Assembly (NCBI RefSeq): GCF_963921235.1
Contig: NC_086107.1
Coordinates: 108,006,001-108,070,000, forward strand
From: Mobula hypostoma
Taxonomy: Eukaryota
DNA: 64,000 nt
Reading direction: 5' to 3'
Position 1 is the stretch's first letter. Every line of letters begins with the position of its first letter. The notes beneath the pieces are model-generated. The model was not told where the DNA came from, ran no database searches, and saw nothing but the letters and a program-made list of their open reading frames with translations. Of this stretch, positions 12,291 through 25,557 are shown piece after piece. The position numbers and the translations under genes were made by a program.

Positions 12291-13257
12291 CTTTTTGCAG
12301 GCATTCACAGTAGAACAGAGAAATACAATAGAATGAATGAAAAACTACACAGAAAGACTGACCAACAACCAATGAGCAAAAGAAGAGAAACTGTACAAGT
12401 AAAAAAAATAAGTAAATAAATAATGCTGGGAAATTAAGGTGCAGAGTCCTTGAAGGGTTGTGGAAACAGTCCAGAGTTGAGGTGAATGAGGTTGGTTGAA
12501 CCATGCTGGTTCAGGAACTTGATGGCTGAGAGGTCATCACTGTTGGTGTGTGGGACCTAAAGCTCTCGTACCTTCTTCCTGATGGCAGTAGCAAGAAGAG
12601 CTGGGCTGTGACCATCACCTTTTGTAGGCCTTTTCCTCCAAGGGCATTGGTGTTTCTAGAGCAGGCCATGATGCAGCCAGTCAGGATGCTCTCCATGTGC
12701 ATCGATAGAAGTCTGTCAAAGCTCTAGATGGCATGCCAAAGCTGTGCAAACTTCTAAGATGCTAGAGGCGAGGTCGGGCTCCTGTACATAGTGCAAATTA
12801 GCATGACAACAGGCCTTTCTGTCCATCAGCTCTATACTGAATATCAAGTTTCTATTTACAGTACATCAATTTCTACACTCATCCCAGTTTATTCTTCTGC
12901 ATTTACAACAGTTTCCTCTTGATCGGTCTCCCTAAATATTGTAGATTCAGCCCTCAGCCATACAGAACGGAAGCAGGCCATTCGGCCTCTAGTCTGTACT
13001 GACCCATAGCTTCCATTTATACTAATTCTCTTATTCTCCCCACATTCCCATCATATTCTACCACTCACCTATGCTCTGGGGGTATTTTATAGTGGCTAGT
13101 TAACTTATCACAAGTCCTGATTATGTGACCACTGAACTGTGACGCTGGACGATCTCTGAAGAGTACTGATAATGGCTTGGGGTCACCCATCTTATAAAGA
13201 CACTGCCCAGAAGACACTATCCCCACCTTTTAAATCTACCCCTCACTTTTTTTTCTC

Positions 13258-13295
13258 CAGTCCTGCTGAAGAGCCTCAGCCCGAAACGTTGACTG
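13258..13295 (+). ncRNA. Degenerate hammerhead motif in a Penelope-derived fragment
   Basis: CAGUC-CUGCUGA-AGAGCCUCAGCCC-GAAAC-GUU-GACUG. Stem I is intact; core position A6 is changed to C. Confidence 0.55.
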
Positions 13296-14680
13296 TATTC
13301 TTTTCCAAAGATGCTGCCTGGCCTGCTGAGTTCTTCCAGAATTTTGTGTGTGTTGCTCAGAAGAAGGCAATGGCAAACTACTGCTGTAGAAAAGTTTCCC
13401 AAGAACAATCATGGTGATGGGACCATGATCGCCTACATCATGTGATATGGCACATGATGATGACTTACCAGCTTGCACATCTTTGGGATGTGGGAGGTAA
13501 CTAGAGCTCCCAAAGGAAACACGCATGGACACAGGGTGTAGCACACAATAGATTCATAGAGTCGTAGAAAAGCACAGGACTGAAACAGGACCTTCGGCCC
13601 ATCTAGTCCGTACTGAAACCATTTAAGCAGCCTACTCTCATTGACCTGCACTGGGATCATAGCCCTCCACACTCCTACCATCCAGGTACCTATCCAAACT
13701 TTGCTTAAATGTTGAAATCAAGTTTGCATGCACCACTTGTGCTGGCAGCTCGTTTTCCACTGAAGAAGTCTCCCTTCATATTTCCCTTAGATTTTTCATC
13801 TTTCATCCTTAACCCATGACCTCTAGTTGTAATCCCACCCAACCTCAGTGCAAAAAGCCTGCTTGTATTTATCTTGCCTATACCCCTCATAATATTCTAT
13901 AGCTCTATCAAATCTCCTCTCAATCTTCTATGTTCCAACGAATTCAGCAGGTGAGGAAGCACCTACGAAGAGGGATAAACAGTCGATATCATGGCTTGAA
14001 ACATTGACTGTTCATTCCTCTCCGTGGGTGCTGCCTGACCTGTTGAGTTCCTCCAGCATTTTGTGTAGGTTACTCTGGATGGCCAGCGTCTGCAGAACGC
14101 CTTGTGTCCATGGTCATAGGGAGAACATGCAAACTCCACTCAGAGAGTGCCAGAGGTCAGAATTGAACCTGGATCACTGGACCTCTGAGACAGTGATGCC
14201 CTTACCTGAGTCTCCTGTCTATATGACTGATTATTATTGAGGGGAAAAGCTTCCAATATTAAAATGACATCACCACAAAAGTAAGCTGAGCATTGTGAGA
14301 ACTGCCGACAGGACTGCTGGGTCTCTCTTCCACCCATCCGAGATATTTATCAGAAGCACTGTGTACACATGCCCTTTAATATTGTCAAGGATCCCTCCCA
14401 TCCATCCCACGAGCTCTTTGACCCCTTACCATCAGGCAGAAGGTACCATAGCATTAGGACAAGGACTGTTAGGTCAGCATCTTCCCCCAGGCTGTGATAG
14501 TACTGAGCTCCCTGCCAATGCCCAGGTTTCGTCACATATGAAGCACCAGCAGCATAATACTATTTGCTTTCTGCCTTGTATCATAAGTGCGCTCTATGCC
14601 AACTGTCAATCTTCTGGAATACATTTTATCATTTGTTAATTTATTTGTGGTAGTATTACTCTATGTGTTGTGTGTGACTG

Positions 14681-15097
14681 GGGTTGTATACACTGGAATT
14701 TAGAAGGATGAGAGGGGATCTGATTGAAACATATAAGTTTATTAAAGGATTGGACACACTAGAGGCAGGAAACATGTTCCAGATGTTGGGGGAGTCCAGA
14801 ACCAGAGGCCACAGTTCAAGAATAAGGGGTAGACAATTTGGAACGGAGTTGAGGAAAAACTTTTTCACCCAGAAGGTTGTGGTTCTGTGGAATGCTCTGC
14901 CTCAGAAGGCAGTGGAGGCCAATTCTCTGGATTCTTTCAAGAAAGAGTTAGATAGAGCTCTTAAAGATGGCGGAGTGAAGGGATATGGGGATAAGGCAGG
15001 AACAGGGTACTGATTGTGGATGATCAGCCATGATCACAGTGAATGGTGGTGCTGGCTCGAAGGGCTAAATGGCCTACTCCTGCACCTATTGTCTATT
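14681..15097 (+). mobile_element. CR1 LINE 3' fragment nested in a Rex1-like tail
   Basis: ORF 14684-15013 encodes the CR1 C-terminus. TGTGTGA is duplicated on both flanks. Confidence 0.9.
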
Positions 15098-15409
15098 GTG
15101 TGAGTTATATGTACTGTGCTGTGCACTTTGGTCTGGAGGAACGATGTTTTGTTTAGCTGTATACATGTCTATGCTTGAATGACAATAAACTTGAACTTAG
15201 ACTTAGAACATAGAACATAGAACATAGAATAGTACAGCACAGTACAGGCCCTTCAGCCCACAATGTTGTGCCAACCCTCAAACCCTGCCTCCCATATAAG
15301 CCCCCACCTTAAATTCCTCCATATACCTGTCTAGTAGTCTCTTAAACTTCACTAGTGTATCTGCCTCCACCACTGACTCAGGCAGTGCATTCCACGCACT
15401 TGAATTTCC

Positions 15410-15670
15410 TGTCCTCCAGGTTCGGGGGTTCAGCTCAGCGCTAACATTCCTGATTGGTAAAACAAAATTGTTATGGAGACAACAATGAGGAATCCTACAT
15501 CTGAGTGGGACGGTATTCCTGAGTCTCCACCCGGGACTTGCATGACTGACGGGAGTGAAAACCGAGCGGAAGCTACTGACACGATGAAGGAATCTCTGAA
15601 CACCGTCAGAGATGGAGGACATTCATTGCTGCTGTCAACGTCAGCGGTGTAACGGGCAGTGAGTAGGTGA
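15410..15670 (+). mobile_element. RTE-derived non-autonomous element, 3' half
   Basis: Homologous to 42410-42620 (GTCCTCC...GGGGGTTCA...GCTAACA...GAGATGGAGGAC...TTCATTGCTGC). Confidence 0.65.
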
Positions 15671-15673
15671 AGC

Positions 15674-15714
<41 letters not shown>

Positions 15715-15726
<12 letters not shown>

Positions 15727-16220
15727 CTGGAGGAACTCAGCAGGCCGGGCAGCATCTATGAAAAAGAGTAAACAGCCAACTTTTCGGGCTGAGACCCTCC
15801 TTCAGTTCTGGAAGGAAGCGGGGAAGCCAGAATAAGAAATGGGGGGGGGGGAGGGAAGGAAAGAATATAGGGTGGAAGGTGATAGGTGACACTGGGAGAG
15901 GGAGAGGCGTGAAGTAAAGCGCTGGGAAGTTGATTGGTGAAAGGGATAAAGGGCTGGAGAAGGGGGAATCTGATAGGAGAGGATAGAAGATCCAGGAAGA
16001 AAGGTGGAAGAGCACTAGAGGGAGATGGCAGGCTGGTGAGGAGATAAGGTGAGAAAGGGAAACGGGAATGGGTAATGGTGAAGAGTCGGGGGGAGAGGTG
16101 GTCAGTTACCAGAAGATGGAGAAATTGATGTACATGCCGTCAGGTTGGAGGCTACCTGGGCGGAATATAAGGTGTTGCTCCTCCAACCTGAGTGTGACGT
16201 CATTGCGACAGTAGAGGAGG
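15715..16220 (-). mobile_element. Penelope-like 3' fragment with an expanded (CA)n at 15675-15720
   Basis: AAAATGCTGGAGGAACTCAGCAGGCCGGGCAGCATC, a purine-rich UTR, and GGTGTTGCTCCTCCAACCTGAG (the LRLEEQHL coding segment). Confidence 0.85.
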
Positions 16221-17454
16221 AAAGTAAGTAAGTGCACTTGAGACTAGGCAGCACAGCGTTAACCAGCTGACTGTTTTGTTACCTTGTGCTTAAACATAGC
16301 CTCATAAATTAAGCTTTTGTTCCGCACACCACCTTTGTAAAACAGAATTTTCTCAACGATAAAGAGAAGTCAGTCATTTCACGCCCATGAATTGGAAAAG
16401 ATGAGGCCAGGCTACCTGAAGGATCCCACATAATTTGACTTGTCTTTTTCATTACTGACAAGCACACCTATGGAATGAGCAAGATTTCAAGAACAAGGCA
16501 GACTTGTTCAGCCTAGTCTGCATTCCGTACATCTTCCTTTAGCGCACACACCACTCTGTCTCAGCAGGTATTCAATATCCAGGGATATGCTTTGGTTACA
16601 ATAATTTTGCATTAATGAAGAGCATGATGTGCTTGAGATTACTAAGAAGATAGGATAAGCTTTGTTTATACAACACATTTCAAAAACTTTACCCCCTGAA
16701 GTGCGTTACAGTCAATGAAAAGACCCTGTTCCGATGTAGGACACAAATGCAATTACTGGATAAATTGGTGCAGGAGTAATAATTAGAGCACAATAATCAG
16801 ATTGTCAAGGGCTTGAAAGAAACATGCTTGAGATTGACTGAACTGGGACTATATTACGCAAAAAACAAGAGAAGTGAAAACAGCTTGTGTGAGAGCTTGT
16901 GAGGTTTTCTGTGTAAGTGTATGTACCAATATTCCTTAAATAAATGACAGTAAAGTGTCGAACAGAAATAAACATGTTAAAGTACTCCAAAGGTTCAAAG
17001 TAAAATTTATTTTCAGAGTACATATTTGTCACCACATACAACCTTAAGATTCTTTTTCCTGCGGGCATATTTAGCAAATCTATAGAACAGTAACTGTAAA
17101 CAGGATCGATGAACAACAAACTGTGAAAATGCAAATATAAATAAATAGCAATAAATAATGAGAACATGAAATAACAAAATAATGGGTCCTTAAAATGAGA
17201 TCACTGGTTGAGGGAACACCAGAAATAAAATGAGTGCAGTCATCCCCTTTTGTTCAAAAGCCTGATGGTTGAGGGGTAGTAATTGTTCTTGAACCTGGTG
17301 GTGTGAGTCCTGAGGCTCTTGTACCTTCTACCTGATGGCAGTACCGAGGAAAGAGGATGGCCTGGGTGGTGGGGATCTTTGATGATGGATGTTGCCTTTC
17401 TATGGCAACGTTTCATGTAGATGTGCTCAGTGGTCGGGACGGTTTTACCCGCGA

Positions 17455-18050
17455 TGCTTCATACAAAGCAAAACCCAACGTCGTGGACTGCTGTGATGCT
17501 ACACTACCTGACGAGCTCAACACCTTTTATTCTCACTTTGAAAGGGAGAATGAAGCCACATCTCCGAGGGTCCCTGCAGCACCCGGTGACCCCGTGATCC
17601 CTGTCTTGGAGGCCGATGTTAGGCTATCCTTCAAGAGGGTGAAACCTCGCCAGGCAGATGGAGTACCTGCTAAGGCTCTGAAAACCTTCGCCAACCAGCT
17701 GGCGGGAGTTTTCAAAGACATTTTCAATCTCTCGCTGCTGCGTTAGGAAGTTCCCCACCTGCTTCAAAATGGCGACAATTATACCAGTGCCCAAGAAAAT
17801 CAGGGGGAGCTGCCTTAATGACTATCGTCCAGTAGAATTCACATCTACGGCGATGAAATGCTTTGAGAGGTTGGTCATGGCTAGAATCAGCACCTGTCTC
17901 AGGAGGGACCTGGAACCACTGCAATTTACCTATTGCCACAATAGGTCTACAGCAGATACAATCTCAATGGGTCCTCATGCAGCTTTGGATCAACTGGGCA
18001 ATGCAAGTATCTATGTCAGGATGCTATTTATTGACTACAGCTCGGCTCTA
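17455..18050 (+). mobile_element. Rex1/Babar LINE RT fragment (pseudogenic)
   Basis: Peptides [53 protein letters not shown] and [12 protein letters not shown]. Confidence 0.9.
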
Positions 18051-18419
18051 ATTATTATGTATTACAGTGGACTGCTACTGCAGCACAACAGATTTCCCGA
18101 CCTATGCTGGTGATATTCAACCTGATTCTGGCCTGAAGGCTTGAGATGGTGTCCTTCTGTGTGGTAGAGTAGCAATTAGTGCAATGCTTTAAAGCACCAG
18201 CTGTATGATCGGCGTTCGATTACTACCGCTGTCTCTACTTGCTCCCCGTGACTCCAGTTTCCCCCACACTCAAAGATGTACGGGTTAGGGCTAGCGAGTT
18301 GTGAGCATTCTACGTTGGTGCCAGAAGCCTGGCGACACTTGCGGGCTGCCCAGCGCAATCCCCGCTGATTTGCTTTGATGCAAACGATACACTTCACTGT
18401 ATGTTCCGGTGTACAAGTA

Positions 18420-19145
18420 CATAAGGGTGCCAAAGTTTATGGGGAGAAGGCTGGAGAATGGGGTTGAGAGGGAAAATAAATCAGCCATGGTAGAATGGTG
18501 GAGCAGATTCTGTGGGCCGAATGGCCTAATTCTGCTGCCATATTTTAGGATCATAAGACCATAAGATAGAGGAGCAGAAATAGGTCATTTGGCCCATCGA
18601 GTCTGCTCTGCCATTTCATCATGGCTGATCCATTTTCCCTCTCAGCCCCAATCTCCTGCCTTCTACCTGTAACCCCTCGTGCCCTGATTAATCAAGAATC
18701 TGTCAACCACTGCCATAAATATACCTGATGACTTGGCCTCCACAGCTACCTGTGGCAAAGAATTCCACAGATTTGCCACTCTCTGGCTAAAGAAATTCCT
18801 CTTCATCTCCGTTCTAAATGGACGTCCCTCTATCCTGAGGCTGTGCCCCCTGGCCCTAGACTCCCCCACCACAGGAAACATCCTCTCCACATTCACTCTT
18901 TCACCATTTGATGTGGGTTTCAATGAGATCCCTCCCTTGTTCTTCTGATTTTCAGTGAGTGGAGCCCCAGAGTCATCAGACGCTCTTCACACGTTAACTC
19001 TTTCATCCCTGGGATCATTCTCGTGAACCTGCTCTGAGCTCTCCCCAATGTCAGCACATTTTTTCTTAGATAAGGTGCTCAAAACTGCTCACAATTCTCC
19101 AAGTGAGGCCTTACTAGTGCCTTATAAAGCCTCAATATTACATAT
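18420..19145. mobile_element. Tail-to-tail CR1 fragments (short + copy, longer - copy)
   Basis: Plus-strand tail at 18420-18550. Minus-strand copy at 18553-19145 encodes RGHSLRIEGRPFRTEMKRNFFSQRVANLWNSLP. Confidence 0.85.
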
Positions 19146-19204
19146 GTGCATTTATGTTCTTAAGGACAAATAAAAGTAATGGTTATTACTATTATTATTA
19201 TTAC

Positions 19205-20090
19205 GCCGAACAACCTCATTTTTTTGTTCATGATAGATTGCTTGAAGCTGAACACAAATATAATTTCAGACTACTTGTATCACCTAGGAATTTGGAGAAA
19301 CAAGAAATTAACTTTTATTGAATATGATGTGTTTAATTGGATAACTGTGCTGATGCTTTGCAATATTTCAACTAAGCTAAAGGTGTTTTTTTGATCATTT
19401 TCATTTGTACTCAGTGTCTGAGACTTCTTGCTTAATTGTTCGACAATAATCGGCCAGCATTGGTGGGTTCCAGTTGCCCTGACACTGTTTCTCCATGACT
19501 GCAATGTCCCAGTGAAGCCTTTCACCGTGCTCGTCACTAATAGCGCCAAGATTTGCAGGGAAGAAGTCTAAATGGGAACGCAGACAATGAACCCTTAGTG
19601 ACATGCTGCATTTCATGGTTTTATATGATTGAAGCATGTTGTCGACCGGCTGCACATAGTTTGGTGCTTTGTAGTTGCCAAGAAAATGTTCAACAACATC
19701 TTTGAATGCCTTCCATGCGATTTTCTCTGTTCCCACTAGAAGTTGCTTGATTTGTGGTCCAACATAAATGCCTTCCTTAATTTTGGCATTAGGAACATCT
19801 GCCTCAAATATCAACATCCTTCATGGAAATTTATGGCTTTTCTAAAACCTGTCCTACCATGAGGCATCTAAGCATACCATAACATGCCTGGACAAGATAG
19901 AAACCTTTTCAGCTTACATTGTGGGTGACATTTTAATTGACATGATTATGCATTGAAATAACCAATATCTGCTATTTCAAAACATTAGAACGTGATAGAG
20001 AAATTTCATGGTGATTTTCATCGTGAACAGCTCAAGATCCATAAGATACACCCAAAAATATTCAGGAAGCAAAATCTTTGTTGTCCAGTG
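19205..20090 (-). mobile_element. Chapaev3-like (CMC) DNA transposon, internally deleted
   Basis: ORF 19401-19817 contains KIKEGIYVGPQIKQL, HLDFFPANLGAISDEHGERLH and MLADYC, which I recognise as Chapaev3-type transposase motifs. The terminus ...TTGTTGTCCAGTG ends at 20090 (CAC...GTG ends) and is followed by TA. Confidence 0.75.
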
Positions 20091-20819
20091 TAAAAATAAT
20101 TATCACTGTGAGGACTCCTTTGAACATACTGTGGTGTACTGATATTCCTACAATACCCAAGAGCTGTGACTTTTCTCAGCATTCTAAATGTATTATTAAC
20201 ATAAAGAAATCATGCACCTGTCAAACTGGAAATTACTTTTGCAATGTTTTAATCCCCAAAGAATCTGGATTCAGCAGTTTTACTTCAGATGCTGTTTGGT
20301 CTTGTTCCACGAGCTTTCAATTTAACAAGCGGGATCTGTGTCGAGAAGGGTCAATAGCTATTTCAGACTTCCTTGAAAAACAAATTAGGGTTTATGAATA
20401 AGCAAAATATTTTCATGAGGCACACTGCTGCTGTCTGCTTATTGTGTATCTGTCTCTTCCAAGCGAGGGATTACATAGTCACATCTTCTGTTTAAATAAA
20501 TCCTTCAACACATCCAGTAGCTCTGTTGCATGGCTGATCTTCAGAGGAGAACATTCAATGGCTCTCTCCTGTAATCCAAGTGAAGCACACTTTCCATACC
20601 CAGCCTCTCGTTGCACTTACCCTCCTTCTATTCCCCCCTCACCCACTCCCCCCTCTCAGCACCCCAGGAAACCCTCCCCGGCAAAGTAGAGAAAGTGTCA
20701 CGCATTTAAATTTCACCTTCAATATTCAAAGGTTCAAAGGCTTATTTTATATCAGAGTATGTATGCAGAATGCAACTCTGAGATTCACCTTCTCCAGATA
20801 GCCACGGAACAGAAAAGCC

Positions 20820-21200
20820 GTCGCCGTGGCTATCCCTTGAGGTCGAGGGTGATGGTCTTCGTTCTGTTGATCAAGTGGCCCACAGAGTGAAGACCCCTGT
20901 GCGTGTATTTGTTTAACGTGTACTTGATGTTGCACTCCAAGAAGCGCACGATACTTCACAAATCAACCAACTGATTCCAATGGCGTGGAAACCACGACAA
21001 TTGGAGCTGATGGATTTGTTGCGGCCTTCATCCGCCTGTTCAACTGTTGAGGTCTTGGTTGGATTGTTCTTTGTCAGGGACCTCACCCTTGACCTCATCG
21101 CCATGGGTGACCCTACCAGGAGCATAGCTCCAGACGGCATTGCTCTCGGGATCACAGGATCACACAAGCTTCTCCACTGCAACAAGGTGACAATCCACGG
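20820..21200 (-). mobile_element. RTE/Rex3-like non-autonomous element
   Basis: The minus strand begins GTCACCTTGTTGCAGTGGAGAAGCTTGTGTG...CCTGGTAGGGTCACCCATGG, resembling RTE/Rex3 5' UTRs. Confidence 0.6.
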
Positions 21201-21867
21201 AAAAGAGAAAGCCATGGGACGTTATTGAAAGAAAAGACATCAACCCAACCCCCCCACACAAAAAAAAGGAGCAAAAACTCATAAACCCCTAACCCTCCCA
21301 ACCCCCTCCCTCACACAAAAATTAACAGACTGTCCACACGGAAACAGTAGGTAGAAAATCAAACCCCAAACCCTCAACCCTCTCCCTCACCAAAAAAACC
21401 TAACAGATCACTCATACAACAATAACATCAACCCCACCTCCCCCCCTGAACCCCTTCCCCGCACACAAAAAAACTAACAGGTTACCTGCACAGAAAAACA
21501 CGGGCAAGCAAATCCCCAGTTCCTCTATTGCACAAAAAACTAACATGTCCCCCATTTGGAAAACAGCAACAAGGACATCAAACCCTCACTTCTAACTCCC
21601 AACATCCCAATCGGCATCAAGAAAGAAAACACACAAGACTGAAGACCAATATGAACGACAAAATGCCTGGAGATTTAAGCTTTATCAGATTGGGTTGAAC
21701 TCTGAGCTGCAGAAAGATTGCTTGTATTTGACATAATTACACTGTGTGGCCACTTTATTAGGTACCTCTGACAGGAGGCACCACACCACTATTGTAGAGC
21801 GTGGTTATCTGAGTTACTGTCACCTTCCTGTCTGCTTAAATCAGTCTGGTCATTCTCCTCTGATCTG

Positions 21868-21950
21868 TGGGTGTGAGTGTGTGTGTGGGTGTGTAAGTGT
21901 CTCTGTGTGCATTTGTATGTATTTGTATGTCTGTGTGTGTGCCTGTGTGA

Positions 21951-22002
<52 letters not shown>

Positions 22003-22040
22003 ATGTGGGTTTGTGTGTGTGCGTGTGTATGTGTGTGTCT

Positions 22041-22072
<32 letters not shown>

Positions 22073-22412
22073 AGATCTGTGTATGTCTGTGCGTGTATGT
22101 GTGTGTGTGTATGTGTATGTGTGTCTGTGTGAGTGTGTGTATATGTGTGTGGGTCTGTGTGTGTGCATGTCTGTGTGTGTATGTATGTGTGTGTGTGGAT
22201 ATCTGTCTGTGTGTTTGAGACTATTTATGTGTATGTGTGTGTGCATGTGTGGGTCTGTGAATGTGTGTGTATGTGTGTGTGTGTGTATGTGTGTGTGTGT
22301 GTCTGTCTGTGAATGTGTGTGTGTGTGTGTGTGTGTATCTGTCTGTGTGAGTGTGACTGTTTATGTGTGTGTGTGTGTCTGTGTATCTGTCTGTGTGAGT
22401 GTGACTGTTTAC

Positions 22413-22441
<29 letters not shown>
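21868..22441. repeat. Degenerate (TG)n microsatellite
   Basis: About 570 bp of interrupted TG dinucleotide repeat. Confidence 0.97.
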
Positions 22442-22443
<2 letters not shown>

Positions 22444-22939
22444 AGGGATAATTGTTACTAAATGCTTTGCTTGAACTCAGAACAATTATTTCCACTGTCA
22501 CAGCTGCCCTCTTCATTGACGAATACTGGGCTGACTTCCGGAGAAAAGATATTCTCCAAGGCTGCTTTTCAATTGGTGAAATGCATTCGATATGATGTTC
22601 AGTTTTCTGTCCTTCACACCCAGTCAGGGAATACATTTTGTGGCCTCGGCAGAGAGGAGAACACGGTGTTGGACAAATTGCGCACGGAGCACTGCACATT
22701 GGGCCTCACCTTTCACCTGTGTGAGACAATCCTCAGTGATGTTCCCGTGGGATCCTGGATGTGGTCGAACTCTGGGTTGTGGGGACATGGATCTGAAGGT
22801 GATGCTGGAGGGAATGGTGGGTCTCTGTTACTGTCCATTGAGAAATCACACGTATCACACGTATGCGTCACCCCTGTGTACTTATAGATTCGGTGGACTC
22901 ACTGTAGGAAGGAGGGAGAAGTACATGGAGCATAGAACG

Positions 22940-24378
22940 TACACTCAGTGACAACTTTGTTAGGTACATCTGTACATCTGCTTGTTAATACAGATATTGA
23001 ATCTGCCAATAATGTGACAGCCACCCAATGCATAAATACATGCAGATGTGGTCAAGAGGTTCATTTGTTGTTCAGACCAAGTATCAGAATGGGGAAGAAA
23101 TACGATCTAACTAAATTTGACTGTGGAATGATTGTTGGTGCCAGATAGGATGGTTAGAGTATCTCAGAAACTGCTGATCCCCTGGGACTTTCACACACAA
23201 CAGTCTCTAGAGTTTACGGGGAATAGTGAGAAAAGGAAAGCACATTCTGTCATGGTCCAGTCCGTGAAGTCCACATTCCGGTTCACGGTCTGGTCCATTG
23301 ACACTTGCTCCAGGTTTTCCTGTCTACCCTGTTCCTGTTCCTGTTGAGCACTAAATGAGACAGCTAATTCTTGTTGGGCCTGGCTGCATAAATAACTCCA
23401 GAGACCAGGGTGTGGCTGCTGGATTGTTCTTGTCCTTACTCCTTGTATCCCTTCTCCTGCCTTCTGTTTCCTCGCCTGAAGCCTAGCCTAGTCTTGCCAG
23501 TAACTCTCACCTCTCCTGAAGTTCTTGTCTCGCCTTCCATTGCCTGAAGCCTTGCCTCGTCTTGCTGGTAACCCTTGCCTCGTCTCGCCTGAAGCCTTGT
23601 CCTGGAGCCACCCTGTATCTAGGTCCCTTCCTGTCCCTTGCCTCCGCCGGGTAAGTTAGGCCAGATTGCCGTTACCTGCGGTTGGTTCTGTCCCTTCCTG
23701 TCCCTTGCCTCCGTCCTGCCCAGGAGTACCACACCCTGCCCAGGAGGAGTTTCAAGACCCCAAGTCTCCAGCCTCCAGCCTCGCCTCGCCTCAAGTCTCC
23801 AGCCTCCAGCCTCGCCTCGCCTCAAGTCTCCAGCCTCCACCCTCACCTTGCCTCAAGTCTCCAGCCTCGCCTCGCCTGCCAGCCAAGTCATGTCCTTGCC
23901 TGGTTCTGGGATTCGAGCCAGAGGCAAGACCCAGGTATTGGGTCCTTGTCCAGTCTCTTGCTCGGAGTCCAAGCCCGGGCTCCTAGCTCTCTTGTCCAGT
24001 CCTGTTCCAGGTTCCTGGTTTTCGTGTCCATTTCCTAGCCCTCACACTGTATCCTAGTCCTGTCCCTAGTCCTTCAGAGTCTGTGTCTTGCACTTGGGTC
24101 CGTTCCCAGCCACCACCTTGTGACACATTCAGTGAGTGGCAGTTCTGAGGATGAAAATGTCTTGTTAATGACAGAGCTCGGAGGAGGATGTCCAGACTGG
24201 TTCAAGCTGACAGGGAGGCGAGAGTAACTCAAACAACCATGTGTTACAACAGTGGTGTGCAGAAGGGCGCTTGTGAGCTCGCAACACGTGGATGGGCTGC
24301 AGCAGCAGAAGAACGCAAACACACTCAGTGGTCTCTCTGTTAGGTACAGGAGACACCTAATAAAGTGGCCGCTGAGAG
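22940..24378. mobile_element. Tc1/mariner-derived MITE interrupted by a solo LTR
   Basis: TIRs TACACTCAGTG...TTAGGTAC and ACCTAATAAAGTGGCCGCTGAG. Internal sequence is shared with 45700-46237 and 55987-56550. Confidence 0.8.
23248..24125 (+). mobile_element. Solo LTR (probably Gypsy-type)
   Basis: TGTCA...TGACA termini with a 5-bp TSD CATTC at 23243-23247 and 24126-24130. Internal tandem GCCTCAAGTCTCCAGCCTC units and a TATA-like GCATAAATA near 23387. Confidence 0.85.
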
Positions 24379-25363
24379 TAGAGCTTAGAGCTGTACTGTA
24401 CAGGATGGATACTCGCTAGGACCGTGGTCAACCTGACAGAGGATCAGAGCGGAAGATGGTAAGACATTCAAAGATAACTTACAAGAATCATCAAGCTGAA
24501 TTTGACACTTCCAGAGATATTGGGGCAGGGGTCCAAAAGTCTGAACAAACAAGCAGCTGTTAAGGAGTAACGCACAAAATGCCGGAGGAACTCAGCACGC
24601 TGAACAGCATCCATGGAGTGGAATAAACAGTTGATGTTTCGGAGTGAGACCCTTCATCGGGATGTGTTGCTCTGGATTTCCAGCATCTGCAGAATTTCAG
24701 TGTTTAAGACGTGAAGGAGCATCCCAGAGGAGGAGTGAGACACTTGCACAGGGAGGGAATTCCAGGTTGGATTTTGAGATGTGAAATGCAAATCATACAT
24801 GTAGAAGGTTTATTATGTCTCAATTCTTCGGTATTTTCTTGTTCCTAGGAAATATAGGACAGGCAATCAGACCTGGGATCTGATGTTATGAAAAGTCATA
24901 GCAAATGGGAAATCTGGCTAGTGTTCCTCAGTTAGTGCAGGGGCATCAACTTGAACCTGTTCTTAACTCGTTACCAAGTATAAGACATTCAGCAAGGATC
25001 TGGAATTGGACCACGGACATCTTTCTGATCATAATGGGCAAGGGGATTGGACAATCTTTCGAGCATTGTGGGCATGCTATGTTGGTGCATGACGATACTT
25101 GTGGGCTATCTCTAGCAAATCCTTTGGTGTGTTATTGGTTGTCAATACAAATGACACATTTCACTGTATGTTCCAATATACATGTGACAGATGTATCTTG
25201 AATCTTGTATGCCTCCACTCAGTCAGAGGCAAGTTGGACCTTCATGTAGTTAGGCAGATAAGACAGTTGTCCAAGCTTATATGGGAGTTTGAGGAACTTC
25301 CCTTAAGGTTCCTCACTAGGACCTTTTTTAGTGCCTGGAGCCTGGAGGCCCAGAGTTGGAGGA

Positions 25364-25375
25364 GTGTGTGTGTGT

Positions 25376-25434
<59 letters not shown>

Positions 25435-25485
25435 TGTATGTGTGTGTATGTGTGTGTGTGTGTGTGTATGTGTGTGTATGTGTAT

Positions 25486-25532
<47 letters not shown>

Positions 25533-25557
25533 TGTATGTGTGTGTATGTGTGTGTGT
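25364..25557. repeat. (TG)n microsatellite
   Basis: Seen directly in the sequence. Confidence 0.97.

Noticed and set aside
21746..22451. Overlapping Cys/Val and His/Thr-rich ORFs (also at 25099-25789)
   Set aside because: They are translations of (TG)n microsatellites.
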